Virus record (IMG/VR): IMGVR_UViG_3300031784_000013
Coordinates: 1 to 64,000 of that record
DNA: 64,000 nt
Origin: a virus
Reading direction: 5' to 3' (one strand)
Part shown: positions 63,535 to 64,000 of the stretch, piece after piece
Layout of the letters: each line of letters opens with the position of its first letter
Position numbering within the stretch: the stretch's first letter is position 1
The notes under the pieces: generated by a model
What the model was told of the DNA's origin: nothing
The model's database searches: none
What the model saw: the letters and a program-made list of their open reading frames with translations, nothing else
Position numbers and translations under genes: made by a program

Positions 63535-63646
63535 AAAAGAATTTAGCGAGAGAATAGTATTCTTTAGCCTATTAGCAATAATAGTCATCACACTTGTTGT
63601 GTGGTGGATGGAATTCGTTAAGTACAATCCACAAATTATATTTTAA
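63515..63646 (+). CDS. Small single-TM protein (43 aa)
   Basis: MKKKISKKEFSERIVFFSLLAIIVITLVVWWMEF. Confidence 0.6.
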   Translation: MKKKISKKEFSERIVFFSLLAIIVITLVVWWMEFVKYNPQIIF

Positions 63647-63649
63647 AAA

Positions 63650-64000
63650 ATGCAAACGCACAGATTTTACAAAGAAAACGGTATATGGTATATAGATCTT
63701 CCAGAGTTTCTCACGTTAGGGCTTGGAACAAAGGCTAACTTGATGATGGTTGGAGGATCTGACACATACCTTGATAGATTATCAAACAATACAAATGAGG
63801 TGACAGTGTCATTCTCACACGAGCATTTTGAAGGTGCTACAGATACATTGCATAGAACAAAACTAGGTCATGATGACACATATCTAGACTCAGTTGGTCA
63901 CGCAAGAGTTGATGGTGGTGCATACTACGAATCAATTGTTGATGGTCATCAATTATGGCTTTGTCCTGTTACAAAGTATGTATTTCAAGCAGACTATCCT
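63650..64000 (+). CDS. DUF6717-like protein, truncated at window edge
   Basis: Not in the track. MQTHRFYKENGIWYIDLPEF..LMMVGGSDTYLD..LWLCPVTKYVF; family name recalled from the motif, not searched. Confidence 0.65.
   Translation, partial: MQTHRFYKENGIWYIDLPEFLTLGLGTKANLMMVGGSDTYLDRLSNNTNEVTVSFSHEHFEGATDTLHRTKLGHDDTYLDSVGHARVDGGAYYESIVDGHQLWLCPVTKYVFQADYP

Noticed and set aside
1-64000. Stop-codon reassignment (TAG or TGA), known in some Crassvirales
   Set aside because: Multi-kb ORFs are intact under code 11, and both TAG (e.g. 4336, 43611) and TGA (e.g. 29452) end genes at tight junctions.

Overview
This window is most of the virion/late half of a crAss-like (Crassvirales-type) podovirus genome, standard genetic code, probably infecting a Bacteroidota host (TAnnTTTG/TTTG promoters, no Shine-Dalgarno sites). 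From 60839 down past position 1, everything is on the minus strand: small HTH/HU/Zn-finger genes, terminase, portal, scaffold, major capsid protein (MCP), ring and auxiliary-capsid proteins, a block of Cys- and Thr-rich decoration/adhesin proteins (collar fibre, BspA/DUF285), IHF, ring and muzzle proteins, five giant ejected cargo proteins (including a 4248-aa virion RNA polymerase with DFDID), and a tail fibre of at least 1395 aa that the ORF track missed. After a strand switch at about 61 kb come an orphan gene, a ~700-bp region dense in stems and pseudoknots, and small early-type plus-strand genes. The most unusual signals are in the cargo proteins and may form a cargo loading, processing and delivery code: (1) an internal copy of the MCP N-terminal peptide PGxxGFTYARVA in which every shared codon differs synonymously; (2) about 20 [hydrophobic]-[QKRA]-x-G(G) motifs that divide two cargo proteins into enzyme modules; (3) TonB-box-like LPEVxV strands just after some of those motifs; (4) the only Cys of the RNAP is its last residue and the only Cys of the next protein is residue 4, suggesting a head-to-tail disulfide link. 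The outer virion shows two reusable N-terminal docking modules, an apparently split muzzle protein and mucin-like Thr tracts. All family assignments come from motifs and synteny read by eye; no searches were run.
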